Shown: in pieces, positions 1-10,247 of the stretch | Position numbering within the stretch: position 1 is the first letter of the stretch | How the letters are laid out: every line of letters starts with the position of its first letter | Origin: Nitrosopumilus sp. | GTDB taxonomy: Archaea; Thermoproteota; Nitrososphaeria; Nitrososphaerales; Nitrosopumilaceae | Reading direction: 5' to 3' | DNA length: 64,000 nt | NCBI GenBank assembly: GCA_965197525.1 | Contig: OZ240211.1 | Coordinates: 576,001 to 640,000, forward strand | Position numbers and translations under genes: made by a program | The notes under the pieces: generated by a model | What the model saw: only the letters and a program-made list of their open reading frames with translations | Told to the model about the DNA's origin: nothing | The model's database searches: none

Positions 1-133
1 CAAAAAAGCAGTAAGAGGAAAAAAGACAACTGCCAAAGCAAAGCAGTCAAAGACCAAAAAAGCAGTAAGAGGAAAAAAGACAACTGCCAAAAAAGCAGCA
101 CCAAAAAAGAAGACCAGATCAAAAAAGAGATAA
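1..133 (+). CDS. 3' end of a gene with a Lys/Ala-rich, histone-H1-like repeated tail (partial)
   Basis: Frame 2 reads KKAVRGKKTTAKAKQSKTKKAVRGKKTTAKKAAPKKKTRSKKR*, stop at 131-133; ~37-bp direct repeat at 1-37 and 55-91. Confidence 0.6.
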   Translation, partial: KKAVRGKKTTAKAKQSKTKKAVRGKKTTAKKAAPKKKTRSKKR

Positions 134-193
134 GCCTAAAATCTGATCCCAAATTATTTATGGAATCTATATTCATGTATAACGAACGCATCT

Positions 194-1786
194 ATGAACA
201 GATTAGATCCAGTTTTATCCAAAGCATGTTATGAAATAACCCAAAATATCCTGACAATAAAAGAACCAAACAAGAGACAAGTAAAAGAAGAGATCAATAA
301 AGTTTGCACAAAATACGCACTAGTTAGAATTCCAAAAAATTATGAAATTTTGTCTGTAGCAAAAAAAACAGATTTTGACAAACTAAAAAAGGTGTTAATA
401 CGAAAACCAGCAAAGACGGCATCAGGAGTTGCAGTAATAGCATTAATGCCAAAGCCGTATGCATGCCCGCATGGTCGCTGTACCTATTGTCCGGGAGGAA
501 TAGAGTTTAACTCACCTAATAGCTACACTGGAAAAGAACCATCATCATTAAATGCCATCGAGAATGCGTTTGATCCTAGATTACAGATCACATCAAAACT
601 TGAAAAACTGATTGCGTTTGGGCATGACCCAACCAAGATGGAGATTGTCATAGTTGGAGGAACGTTTCTGTTTATGCCAAAAGACTATCAAAGAAATTTC
701 ATAAAATCATGTTATGATGCACTCAACGGAACAATCTCGACAAGCTTAGAGGAGGCAAAATCCAACAACGAACATGCAACAATAAGAAACGTAGGATTCA
801 CGATAGAAACAAAACCTGATTATGCAAAAAAAGAACATGTGGATCTAATGCTAAACTACGGAGTCACCAGAGTAGAGATAGGAGTTCAGTCATTACAAGA
901 GCGAGTATACAAGATAGTCAACAGAGGCCACACATACAAGGACGTCACAGAATCGTTTCAGATATCAAAGGATGCAGGATACAAAATTGTAGCACATATG
1001 ATGCCGGGACTGCCCACAGTTACACCAGATGAAGACATTGCAGATTTTAGGAAATTATTTACAGATTCGCAACTATGTCCTGACATGCTAAAGATTTATC
1101 CATCGCTAGTAATTGAGAATACACCGCTGTACAAAGAGTACAAAGAAGGCAGATACGCACCATACTCGGATAAAGACATGATTAATGTGCTAACAGAGGC
1201 AAAGAAGAATATTCCAAAATGGGTAAGAATTATGAGAGTGCAAAGAGAGATATCGCCACAAGAGATAGTTGCAGGACCAAAGTCAGGAAATCTACGACAA
1301 ATTGTACAGCAGAATCTAACTAAACAGAATTTATCATGCAGATGTATCAGGTGCAGAGAGGCAGGATTATCAAACAAGATAACAAAAAACAGCAACGACA
1401 TAAGACTGGACAGAATTGATTACAGATCATCTGGAGGTGACGAGGTGTTTCTATCATTTGAAGACAAAAACGAGTCAATTTACGGATTTCTACGACTGCG
1501 AAGACCAAGTATTGATGCCCATAGAGACGAAATTAAACAAGAGAACACATCTATTGTAAGGGAGATTCACGTATATGGACAGTCATTGAAGATAGGTGAG
1601 AAAAGAGACGACCAGATACAGCATTCAGGATTAGGAAGAAGGTTGATGGAGCAAGCAGAGACAATCTCAAGAGAGGAGTGGGATGCAAAAAAGATTCTAG
1701 TTATCAGCGCAATGGGCACAAGAGAATACTATCAAAAGCTAGGGTATTCGTTATATGGGCCATACATGGGAAAAATACTGAATTAG
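194..1786 (+). CDS. elp3: Elongator protein 3 (radical SAM + GNAT tRNA U34 modification enzyme)
   Basis: CPHGRCTYCPGG radical SAM motif; C-terminal GNAT (REIHVYG, QHSGLGRRLM, GTREYYQKLGY). Confidence 0.95.
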   Translation: MNRLDPVLSKACYEITQNILTIKEPNKRQVKEEINKVCTKYALVRIPKNYEILSVAKKTDFDKLKKVLIRKPAKTASGVAVIALMPKPYACPHGRCTYCPGGIEFNSPNSYTGKEPSSLNAIENAFDPRLQITSKLEKLIAFGHDPTKMEIVIVGGTFLFMPKDYQRNFIKSCYDALNGTISTSLEEAKSNNEHATIRNVGFTIETKPDYAKKEHVDLMLNYGVTRVEIGVQSLQERVYKIVNRGHTYKDVTESFQISKDAGYKIVAHMMPGLPTVTPDEDIADFRKLFTDSQLCPDMLKIYPSLVIENTPLYKEYKEGRYAPYSDKDMINVLTEAKKNIPKWVRIMRVQREISPQEIVAGPKSGNLRQIVQQNLTKQNLSCRCIRCREAGLSNKITKNSNDIRLDRIDYRSSGGDEVFLSFEDKNESIYGFLRLRRPSIDAHRDEIKQENTSIVREIHVYGQSLKIGEKRDDQIQHSGLGRRLMEQAETISREEWDAKKILVISAMGTREYYQKLGYSLYGPYMGKILN

Positions 1787-1794
1787 TGAAAAAG

Positions 1795-3384
1795 ATGCCA
1801 GAGCAAAAAATCATCGGCAAGGGAACATGGATAGATAAACTAGCTTTTGAATTATTAGAGCGGGAGAAGAGACTAGGCAGAAAGACCGATATTCTAAAGG
1901 TGGAGAGCGGATTAGGTGCGTCAGGAATTCCACATATAGGAAGTTTAGGCGATGCAGTAAGAGCATACGGGGTAAAACTAGCATTAGAGAATTTAGGCTA
2001 CAAATCAGAACTGATTGCGTACTCAGACGACCTAGACGGATTAAGAAAGGTTCCAGAAGGGCTGCCTGATTCGCTTAACGAGCATATTGCAAAACCAGTG
2101 TCACTGATTCCTGACCCATACGGATGTCACGATTCGTACGGTATGCATATGAGCAGCATTCTTTTAGACGGGCTAGACAGGATCGGAATAAAATACAAGT
2201 TTAAAAGAGCAATTGATACGTACAGGCAGGGACTTTTACAGGAACAAATTCACATCATACTTCAAAACAGTGCAGAGATTGGAGACCAGATCTCAGAGAT
2301 GGTAGGACAAGAAAAATATCAAAAATACCTACCCTACTTTCCAGTTTGTACAAATTGTAATCGCCTATACACAGCAGAAGCAATAGAGTACATACCAGAT
2401 GAAAAGAAAATAAGGTACAACTGTCATGATACAACGATTGGCTCGAATATCATCAAAGGATGTAACCATCAAGGAGAGGCAGATATTACAAAAGATCTCG
2501 GAAAATTAGCATGGAAGGTAGAATTTGCAGCAAGATGGGCAGCATTTCAAATAAGGTTTGAAGCCTATGGAAAAGATATCATGGATTCAGTCAAAGTAAA
2601 CGACTGGGTTTCAGAGAATATTCTAAAAACTCCGTCCCCACATCACGTAAAATATGAGATGTTTTTAGACAAGGGCGGAAAAAAGATCTCAAAATCTCTA
2701 GGAAATGTAATTACTGCACAAAAATGGTTGGAATTTGGCACGCCTGAATCGATTCTGTTGTTATTGTACAAGAGAATTACAGGTGCAAGAGAGTTAGGAT
2801 TCGAGGACATTCCATCATTAATGAATGAATACAATGAATTAGAGGACATTTACTTTGGACGAATCAAGATAGATAATCAAGCAAAGTTGATAAAAGCAAA
2901 AGGGCTTTACGAATATGTAAATTTACTGAACCCTCCAAAACAAGCCAGTACACATATTAATTATAGATTGATAGTAGAACTTGCAAAAATTTTCAAAGAA
3001 GACAGAGTACAAAGAATAACTAAAAAGCTATTAGACTATAATGTGATTAAAAATCCGGAACCAAAAGTAAAAGACACGATTGAACTTGCAGGTAATTTTT
3101 CAGACGAGTTTGACTTGAAAGAAGAGATACAGATACAGATTGACGATTCAACAAAAAAGGCATTACATCTACTAGTAGAGGCGTTAAGGAAACAAGACAT
3201 GTCTGAAGATGTACAAAATACAATATATCAGATTGCAAAATCAAATGATATACAACCAAAAGATTTCTTTAAAATATTATACCAGATAATACTAGGAACG
3301 TCAAGAGGTCCGAAGATAGGACCGTTTATCACAGATATTGGGCTAGAACAAACAGCAAATATACTCTCAAAACATATAACATAG
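1795..3384 (+). CDS. lysS: Class I lysyl-tRNA synthetase
   Basis: SGIPHIGS (HIGH-like) and KISKS (KMSKS-like) motifs; likely start ATG 1795 (MPEQK) rather than 1678. Confidence 0.95.
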   Translation: MPEQKIIGKGTWIDKLAFELLEREKRLGRKTDILKVESGLGASGIPHIGSLGDAVRAYGVKLALENLGYKSELIAYSDDLDGLRKVPEGLPDSLNEHIAKPVSLIPDPYGCHDSYGMHMSSILLDGLDRIGIKYKFKRAIDTYRQGLLQEQIHIILQNSAEIGDQISEMVGQEKYQKYLPYFPVCTNCNRLYTAEAIEYIPDEKKIRYNCHDTTIGSNIIKGCNHQGEADITKDLGKLAWKVEFAARWAAFQIRFEAYGKDIMDSVKVNDWVSENILKTPSPHHVKYEMFLDKGGKKISKSLGNVITAQKWLEFGTPESILLLLYKRITGARELGFEDIPSLMNEYNELEDIYFGRIKIDNQAKLIKAKGLYEYVNLLNPPKQASTHINYRLIVELAKIFKEDRVQRITKKLLDYNVIKNPEPKVKDTIELAGNFSDEFDLKEEIQIQIDDSTKKALHLLVEALRKQDMSEDVQNTIYQIAKSNDIQPKDFFKILYQIILGTSRGPKIGPFITDIGLEQTANILSKHIT

Positions 3385-3388
3385 TATT

Positions 3389-3583
3389 ATGGTTCACGGC
3401 GATCATAACAGATCAAGAAATAATGGAGGATTTGCCCTCATCATACTAGGCGCATTGCTACTATTTTTGGCGCCAAATATCTACGGAGATATGCGTGAGC
3501 TAGGCACGATTGCGCTAATTGGAGGAATAATCATCGGAATCATAGGATTTTACTTGAAGTTCTTCAAATGGCGCAGAAAATAA
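3389..3583 (+). CDS. Small two-TM membrane protein
   Basis: 64 aa ORF with two hydrophobic helices, co-oriented directly after lysS. Confidence 0.7.
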   Translation: MVHGDHNRSRNNGGFALIILGALLLFLAPNIYGDMRELGTIALIGGIIIGIIGFYLKFFKWRRK

Positions 3584-3625
3584 AGATAGAGAAAGGTTAT
3601 CTTTAAAGAAATAGAGAGAAAGGAT

Positions 3626-4633
3626 ATGAGATTTTTTAAAAGAGATAGATCAGATGAGACGGTATCAAAAAATAAACAAGGTAACAAAAAAGATTACAAA
3701 ACAATAGAAGAGCAAAATAGGGAAGAAAGAGAGAATCAACAGCAAGAGATAGAGATACAAAAAAGACAACAAGAGATGGAAGAAATCAGTAATAAATTGC
3801 AGATAATAAAAGACGAGTACAATACGACAGTCAGCAATTTGATGCTGGTAAAAAAAGAGCTTAATCAAAAAAAGATCGAGTTGGAAATTGCCCAAAAAGA
3901 ATACAAGGAAACCAGAGAGAAGAACAAGAGAGAAGAGATAGAGAAGGGTTTAAAATTAAATGAACAATTTTACAAAACAGAAGAAGAATGTACAAAGATT
4001 AAAGATGAGCTAGAAGAGATCACAAATAGATACAATGAGGCCGTAAAAAAGAATCAACAAGCTGCAGAGAATTATAATAGAATTTCAAAAGGATATGAAG
4101 AGGTTATACTAAAAAATGAAAAAAGTACAAAAGAGTATAACGAGGCAGTTAAAAAACATGACCAAATCGTAAAAGAATACGACAAAGACGAGAAGAGATA
4201 CAAGGAGATAAAAGAACAGATCAAGCAAGAAGTAGAGAGATTAGCAAGAATAAAACAGCAGCAAGATCAAATCAAAGCAGAACAGAGTAAAATAGATTCC
4301 AAACTACAAATTACGCAAAAAGAGATGGTAGAAACAAAAGATGTTATTGAGAATGAGGCGAAAAAAGAGGATAGCAAGAAGGATAAAAGCAAGGATGCAG
4401 AAACAGCAACAATAGAAAAACCAAAAAAAGACAATGTGTTGGAGAATCAACAGAGCTCTGCAGGAGTGATAAAAGCGGCAAGCATAGTGGTAAAATCACT
4501 AAAGGTAAAACTGGGTGTAGCACAAAAAGAGCTAGAGACGCTTCAGATAATATTAAAGAAAGAGAGAGAAGCTCACGAGAAGACAAAAGCAGAGTTGAAG
4601 AGATTAATTAACAAAAAGACGGATAAATCATAA
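3626..4633 (+). CDS. Long coiled-coil protein
   Basis: E/K/Q-rich heptad pattern; internal repeat YNEAVKK x2. Confidence 0.75.
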   Translation: MRFFKRDRSDETVSKNKQGNKKDYKTIEEQNREERENQQQEIEIQKRQQEMEEISNKLQIIKDEYNTTVSNLMLVKKELNQKKIELEIAQKEYKETREKNKREEIEKGLKLNEQFYKTEEECTKIKDELEEITNRYNEAVKKNQQAAENYNRISKGYEEVILKNEKSTKEYNEAVKKHDQIVKEYDKDEKRYKEIKEQIKQEVERLARIKQQQDQIKAEQSKIDSKLQITQKEMVETKDVIENEAKKEDSKKDKSKDAETATIEKPKKDNVLENQQSSAGVIKAASIVVKSLKVKLGVAQKELETLQIILKKEREAHEKTKAELKRLINKKTDKS

Positions 4634-5089
4634 ATTTGTAAAATGCGTTCTCCACCTCAGCCTCATTTCATCCTCTGAGATGCCCATATCATATAGTGGA
4701 GAGGTGACAGAAGATACGCGTGAGACATCAACTAGAACGATGGAACTGATGGGGCTTTTAATTCCATGTGTTCTATAGTAGCGCAAGATGTCAGAGTATG
4801 TAGGAGTGTCACTATCAAGGATTGTGGCGGTTCCTTCAAATAGATAGCCTTTACGAAGGATAGGGTCAATGACGTTTATCTCTACATGGGGATTATCTTG
4901 CAGATTCTGCACGGTGTCAGGGGAGCGAATGTTTGCGAATGCCAAGAAATTAGATGTCCAACCAATTATAGTGCCCTTGGGTGAGATATTGGGCCTGCCA
5001 TCAGGCGTAACTGTTGCCACATAACCTAGCTTCTGCGAATTGATAAAATTCTTAATTTCAATGGTTATCATGATATAATGATTTAACAC
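4628..5089 (-). CDS. Pyridoxamine 5'-phosphate oxidase-like FMN-binding protein
   Basis: YVATVTPDGRPNISPKG ... TVQNLQDNPHVEINV split-barrel motif. Confidence 0.85.
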   Translation of the reverse strand: MLNHYIMITIEIKNFINSQKLGYVATVTPDGRPNISPKGTIIGWTSNFLAFANIRSPDTVQNLQDNPHVEINVIDPILRKGYLFEGTATILDSDTPTYSDILRYYRTHGIKSPISSIVLVDVSRVSSVTSPLYDMGISEDEMRLRWRTHFTNL

Positions 5090-5232
5090 CGAATTTATCT
5101 AGTTGTTATTGCTACTTTTTCATGTTGTTTTATTAGTTTAAGGGGAATTTTTGGACTGGATTTCATACTGGATGTATGTAAAATCATGTACCTTATTACT
5201 CTTGCGTAGATTTTGGTGCACAAAACGGGTCG

Positions 5233-5455
5233 TTATTTTTCATTAATAGTTATTTCAGATTCATTTTGAGTCATTTGACTCAATAATTTTATGCAAGCCA
5301 AGATTTCATCAGCTGTAATATTGATCGCTTCTTCCGTATTGAATCTGCTGCAACCGATACGAATAGATGAATGAGCCTGCTCTTCTTTTAAGATCATGGC
5401 CAATAGTACGTGTGAGGGTTTGACTGCTTGTGTAGTGCATGTGGCACTGCGTTAT
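5233..5455 (-). pseudogene. C-terminal remnant of a cysteine desulfurase (IscS/NifS/DndA type)
   Basis: Manual translation SATCTTQAVKPSHVLLAMILKEEQAHSSIRIGCSRFNTEEAI matches the SGSAC..EPSHVL.AMG...A.SSIR....RFNT.EE signature; in-frame stop just upstream; no N-terminal part present. Confidence 0.75.
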
Positions 5456-5512
5456 AAAGGATAACTGTCATAAAATACAAAAATGTTATTCCATTAAATA
5501 AAAAAATAGATT

Positions 5513-6592
5513 TTATTTTCCAGAACGATTACACGCCAAACAAAGCATTTGACAGTTATCCTGTTCTGTTTTTCCACCTTTACTCCAGGGTATGATATGA
5601 TCACCTTCCATTTTTGAAAACTCAAATTCTTCTTTACACATGGTACACACACCGTTTTGTGTCTCATATGCTAGTCGTTTTTCTTCATCTGAAAATGTAC
5701 GCAGTGAAAGATGTTTTTCATCACGTGTCAACAAATATGTATAAATTCCTTTATTTTTGTGTACTTCTGGATCTTTGACTAGTTTTTGTGTCTCTTCTTC
5801 TATTTTATTAGTATCAAACAACGTATCTTTGTATTTGTCATATAGTGGACCCCATTCAATGCCATTCATCATTTTCTCTCTCTTTACAGTAAATGTGCTT
5901 TCAACCCAATTAATCACTCCTTGAAAATAATTCCATAATTCGTTGGCATTTTGGTCATGTTGGTGCTTACCCATATAGTCTTCTATGTTATTTTTTGATT
6001 TCCATTTTATAGCTGTTTCCAAATAATCTTGTTGGATAGGCACGCCTTTCATATAATCACTAGCCAAATTATAGGCAGCACAACCGTTTTTGCTAAAATG
6101 TAGTTTTGCATCAGTAACCCATGCTCCAGAGTAAACAGCATTTCTAAGTTCTTGTGGTTTTAGTTCTACGCCTGCAATATTTATTATCTTAAACCATTCT
6201 AACTTTTCACTATCGTCTCCTTCACATTGATAAACAGTAAATTCATAATCAAGAATCTTGTCTTGTTCATCTTTTTTTAAGTTATCAAAATATTTTTTAT
6301 TAAATGAGAATACACCATTAACATATTGACATATTGATATTGTTCTTTGTTGCCCGTCAATAATCTCAAATTTTCCATCATCTTGAACAAACCAATACAT
6401 GACATTAAGTGGAAAGTTTTTGGTAACTGTGTCTATTACTAGGTCGCGTTGTTTTTCTTTGTAAACAAACTCTCTTTGGTACGGTGGTCTAATGTCTAGT
6501 TTTCCATCAAATCCAAAAACACCATCGTTTCCTTTATCCTCATAATTTTCTGACAGTTCTCTAATGGTTATTTCTTTTAGGTCTATTTTCAT
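5513..6592 (-). CDS. DUF262 (GmrSD/SspE-like) plus C-terminal HNH endonuclease
   Basis: IRPPYQREFVY and IIDGQQRT motifs; C-terminal CTMC..DHIIPWSKGG.T..NCQMLC..CN. Confidence 0.85.
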   Translation of the reverse strand: MKIDLKEITIRELSENYEDKGNDGVFGFDGKLDIRPPYQREFVYKEKQRDLVIDTVTKNFPLNVMYWFVQDDGKFEIIDGQQRTISICQYVNGVFSFNKKYFDNLKKDEQDKILDYEFTVYQCEGDDSEKLEWFKIINIAGVELKPQELRNAVYSGAWVTDAKLHFSKNGCAAYNLASDYMKGVPIQQDYLETAIKWKSKNNIEDYMGKHQHDQNANELWNYFQGVINWVESTFTVKREKMMNGIEWGPLYDKYKDTLFDTNKIEEETQKLVKDPEVHKNKGIYTYLLTRDEKHLSLRTFSDEEKRLAYETQNGVCTMCKEEFEFSKMEGDHIIPWSKGGKTEQDNCQMLCLACNRSGK

Positions 6593-7560
6593 TTTTTGAA
6601 CCTCTTGTGTTTAATCATAATTCTCATGTAGACATCTTTTCCACTAACAGCAAGATCTTCACAATGATCATATCCATGTTTAAAATAACGACTTAGACCT
6701 AAAATTTCAAACTGGTCAGGGTTGTATTGATTCATAAAAGTTATTGGTACACCCATAACACCATCATAATCCATAGGTATCTCTTTTGTTTTATTTACAT
6801 TAATAGCATCATAATTATCATATTTTGGGTATTCAGATTCACTGTATTTTTTGTATAAAATAATATCTTCATGTCGTTTGTCATAATCTAAATTAGTGAA
6901 CCATACTGCACCAATAGAAACTAAATCTATTTTATTGTCAATTTTACCATTAATGTTCACTTGAGTTTTTTTCATAAAACTCATTCCACCTTTACTAGTA
7001 TATCCAAGCCAAATTTTATTGTCTTTAATTAATGGAAATATTTCTTTATATGATATTGCATTTTTATTTCCAATAATTAAAAATTTTTTGTGGCATTCTA
7101 TTAATTGTGCAACATATTCTCTAAATAGAGAAAATGGTGGATTAGTAACTACAATATCAGCTTGTTTTAACAAATCAACGCATTCTTTAGAACGAAAATC
7201 TCCATCTTCTTTTAATGGTATAACATCAATTTCATTAATATCAGGCACACGATTATCGTTTTTATCTCCATTATATTCTAAATAAATAGCACGTTTAGAA
7301 TCATGTTTACTAAACAATGACATTTGTTGATTTTTGTAACAAGTCGCAATTATTTTTTTCAATTTTAGAGTTTCAAATTGATGTGAAAAATAGTGAAAAA
7401 AATTTGATACAGTAGGATCATCACAATTACAATAAACTATTTTATTTTCAAAATGTTTTCTATAATGGTATAATTCGTTTTCAATATCTGTTAGTTGAGT
7501 ATAAAATTCATCATTTTTCTTAGCTTTTGCAATATGAAATGAAGTATTGTCTAATGTCAA
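6589..7560 (-). CDS. Adenine-specific DNA methyltransferase, EcoRI family
   Basis: KKNDEFYTQ, VYCNCDDP and VVTNPPFSLFREY (NPPF motif IV); 4-bp overlap with the nuclease gene. Confidence 0.9.
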   Translation of the reverse strand: MTLDNTSFHIAKAKKNDEFYTQLTDIENELYHYRKHFENKIVYCNCDDPTVSNFFHYFSHQFETLKLKKIIATCYKNQQMSLFSKHDSKRAIYLEYNGDKNDNRVPDINEIDVIPLKEDGDFRSKECVDLLKQADIVVTNPPFSLFREYVAQLIECHKKFLIIGNKNAISYKEIFPLIKDNKIWLGYTSKGGMSFMKKTQVNINGKIDNKIDLVSIGAVWFTNLDYDKRHEDIILYKKYSESEYPKYDNYDAINVNKTKEIPMDYDGVMGVPITFMNQYNPDQFEILGLSRYFKHGYDHCEDLAVSGKDVYMRIMIKHKRFKK

Positions 7561-7856
7561 TACTCACGGTGTTCAATTTGTTTAAAAGCCCGATTTTTTG
7601 TACAAAAGTTGTAATAATTCAGAAATTCTGCAAGTTCTTTGCGGAACTATTTAGCATAACAATTCCTTGTTATCTTTTTTGATCGAATTAGTATTTGAGA
7701 AAATTAGTGTTGTTTTTTAATTCTTAGGTTCTGTTAACTTACCGTCACCTGATTAATCGTGTTAAGTGTCGTCACCTGAGATCTGGTTCGAAAGAGGAGG
7801 ATAAAATATGATGGAAACGCAGATTAACTCTATATCTAGATCATACTTCATAAGAA

Positions 7857-8828
7857 ATGCAAAAAAGAGATTGGATTCTATGGACGATAGTCGCAGGTAT
7901 ATTCATATCTCTGTCATTGCCAATAATATTACCAGACGTAAACGAATTTACAACTGTAGTAATTGCACCTGTAGCAGCTGGAGTCATGATGCTTATTTTT
8001 AAGCAGTATTTTTTTGACGGCATACCATATAGTACGAAAGAAGAACACACGAAAAATATTTGTAAAGTCTACATGTTACTTACACGTGTTGGAATTAAAC
8101 AAGGTAGGCGGAACGATTCACTATGGAAACGTTTTCTAAGGTTTCCAACAGAATATAAACCAGTGGCGGGCCAGATTGTGGAAGAATTATTAGATGGTGT
8201 GCATGTTGAGCAAATATATGAAGATCAACTAGGAGATCATCCTGCTTATCTTCACTATGACTCTGCATTAGAACATCTTAAGAAGCATAGGAAATACAAG
8301 CCTATCTACAAGCATTGGGAAAACACAAAAACCATGTTGGACGAACTCAACAGCAAAACTGGTATTGAGGAAAGGCTTGAAGGCGTAATAAAGGAAAAAA
8401 TGCATCGCTACTTTCCTGCCCTGCAAAGTTTCGCACTAGGAAAAAAATCTTCAGATTTTTACGACATGGATTATATCGTGAAATTTATGATGAAATATTT
8501 CAATAATCTAGACGGCTTTTCAAGACATGCTTTGGACTCTTTGGTTTGTAATAAATCAGGCAGAAACAAATTCGTTTATTCGCAGTGGTATGTTGACAAT
8601 CCTCACATCACCGTGAACTCTGACAGTAAGATAGATTTTAAGACATACAAAAAGTTAGTGAAAGAGATGCAAGAAGATGATTCACTGAATGATTTTTACA
8701 ATGAGTATGAAAATGAACGCTGTAATATCATAAAAGAATTGACTTACTTTCAAGATGAATTAGAAGAACTTGTAAAAGATCTAAAAAGAGGGAAACTGAT
8801 AGAAGGTAAATGCGATGTGGGGTTTTGA
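7857..8828 (+). CDS. Hypothetical cargo protein with N-terminal TM hairpin
   Basis: 323 aa ORF with two hydrophobic N-terminal segments, inside the TIR element. Confidence 0.7.
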   Translation: MQKRDWILWTIVAGIFISLSLPIILPDVNEFTTVVIAPVAAGVMMLIFKQYFFDGIPYSTKEEHTKNICKVYMLLTRVGIKQGRRNDSLWKRFLRFPTEYKPVAGQIVEELLDGVHVEQIYEDQLGDHPAYLHYDSALEHLKKHRKYKPIYKHWENTKTMLDELNSKTGIEERLEGVIKEKMHRYFPALQSFALGKKSSDFYDMDYIVKFMMKYFNNLDGFSRHALDSLVCNKSGRNKFVYSQWYVDNPHITVNSDSKIDFKTYKKLVKEMQEDDSLNDFYNEYENERCNIIKELTYFQDELEELVKDLKRGKLIEGKCDVGF

Positions 8829-8839
8829 TCTCTATCAAC

Positions 8840-9989
8840 TTATTGAGGGATAAGCGAGGCGAAATTTTCCCTATAAAGCGAAGCGTTCTGAATGATAGTT
8901 TTCCATTTATTGTCGCCCTTGATGTCGATTCCTGCTCTAAGAGCTGGCGTATCTCCATCCAAACTCATGTGGGGTCTTATGTAGTTATGATATAATTTGA
9001 TGCCGTCTATTGCAGGAGAATCATCTTTTTTGAGTCCACGAAACACTTTCTCACGGTCTCTGAACTCCCCGTTTAGCCTTTCCTGTATGTTGTTGTTTGC
9101 TACTTGGTTTTTGAAATGTACCTCTTTGATGTGTTTGCTTGGCTTGTGTAAAAAATTCTTTGGTGCAAACTCTTTTTTGAAAGCGTCATTATACGCTGGT
9201 AGACCATCCGTTACAAAAACACTTGGAGTTTTCTTTGTTACATCTTTACCCATCTTTAACAAACTTTGTGCATCATGTTTGAACTTGCTATCAGCTACCT
9301 CTTGAGCAATCCAAAATCTTGTCTCGTTATCCATCATGGCAAACAAATATTTGCGATCTCCTTTGACTTTGAGCCATACCTCATCTGCGTGCCATTTCTC
9401 ACCTACTTGCGGTGTAATAGTGGACAAGTAATTATCCATAAGTTTGGTGTATTTTTTTACCCAGTTGTATATTGAGATATGGCTCATGTTGACACCTTGT
9501 AACTTTAGAAATTTTTGTACTCCTCTAATGGATTCGCCTGTAAAGTACAGTTGCATGGCACTTGTAATAACCTGGGGTGAGGCGTGCATCTTTTCAAATC
9601 CAAGATTGAATGAAAAATATTTTTTGCATTTCATACATTGGTATTTCTGTATAGAGTGGGTCTTGTTCTTTCTGATGCCTTTCTTTTTGATGTCTTCTGA
9701 CTTGCAGAACTGGCAACATGTAACTGTAATCTCATCAACTACTGTAATATTCTGTCTTACCTCTTCTCTAATCTTAAGACTAATTTCAACTGCGTGTATA
9801 TGTTTACAACATACTTTACAGAACTGATGATCTGGACACTGACATGTCCAACCTGCCTCTGTGGATACTATCTCATAGGTATTCTCTGATGACTGTGATT
9901 TTACAAAGTAACGGCTATCATCAACCCTTTCTATCTGGTTTTGTCTCTCTGCTATGATTTGACCTCTAGCCTGTCTTCGATTCGTACAT
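8840..9989 (-). CDS. IS6-family DDE transposase with N-terminal SWIM and Zn-ribbon domains; nearest upstream ATG is out of frame by 1 nt
   Basis: WHADEVW / FVTDGLPAY / NNNIQERLNG DDE motifs; frame stays open upstream of 9634 to 9988 (WTCQCPDHQFCKVCCKHIHAV SWIM; CQFCKS..YQCMKC); ATG at 9989-9987 is +1 relative to this frame. Confidence 0.85.
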
Positions 9990-10063
9990 TATAGGCATAT
10001 TAATGCCTATATAACTTATGCCCTTTAATATAGGCATAAATATAACAGGTCATAATACCTAGT

Positions 10064-10237
10064 ATGAAAAACCTAGTAAAGTATTCAAATGTTGTAATTG
10101 CAAACAAGAACCAGACGGTACGGTGTACGATTCCCAAGGACATTGCAGAGATGCTAGATATAACCACTGACAACAGAATAAAATGGACTTTGGAAATTAA
10201 AACTGGTCAGATAGTATTAGAGCTTGTAAAGGAATAA
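10064..10237 (+). CDS. AbrB/MazE/SpoVT-like small DNA-binding protein (missed by ORF track)
   Basis: MKNLVKYSNVVIANKNQTVRCTIPKDIAEMLDITTDNRIKWTLEIKTGQIVLELVKE: TIPKDIA..L.I....I.W pattern; divergent from the transposase. Confidence 0.7.
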   Translation: MKNLVKYSNVVIANKNQTVRCTIPKDIAEMLDITTDNRIKWTLEIKTGQIVLELVKE

Positions 10238-10247
10238 TCATGATAAG

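Noticed and set aside
1096-1401. Antisense or overlapping short ORFs listed inside housekeeping genes (this one and many similar)
   Set aside because: Shadow ORFs of well-supported genes with no motifs of their own.
6589-7560. GAATTC avoidance as evidence of an EcoRI-like specificity
   Set aside because: Several GAATTC sites are visible in the window (e.g. 10501), and a proper count could not be made; specificity left unassigned.
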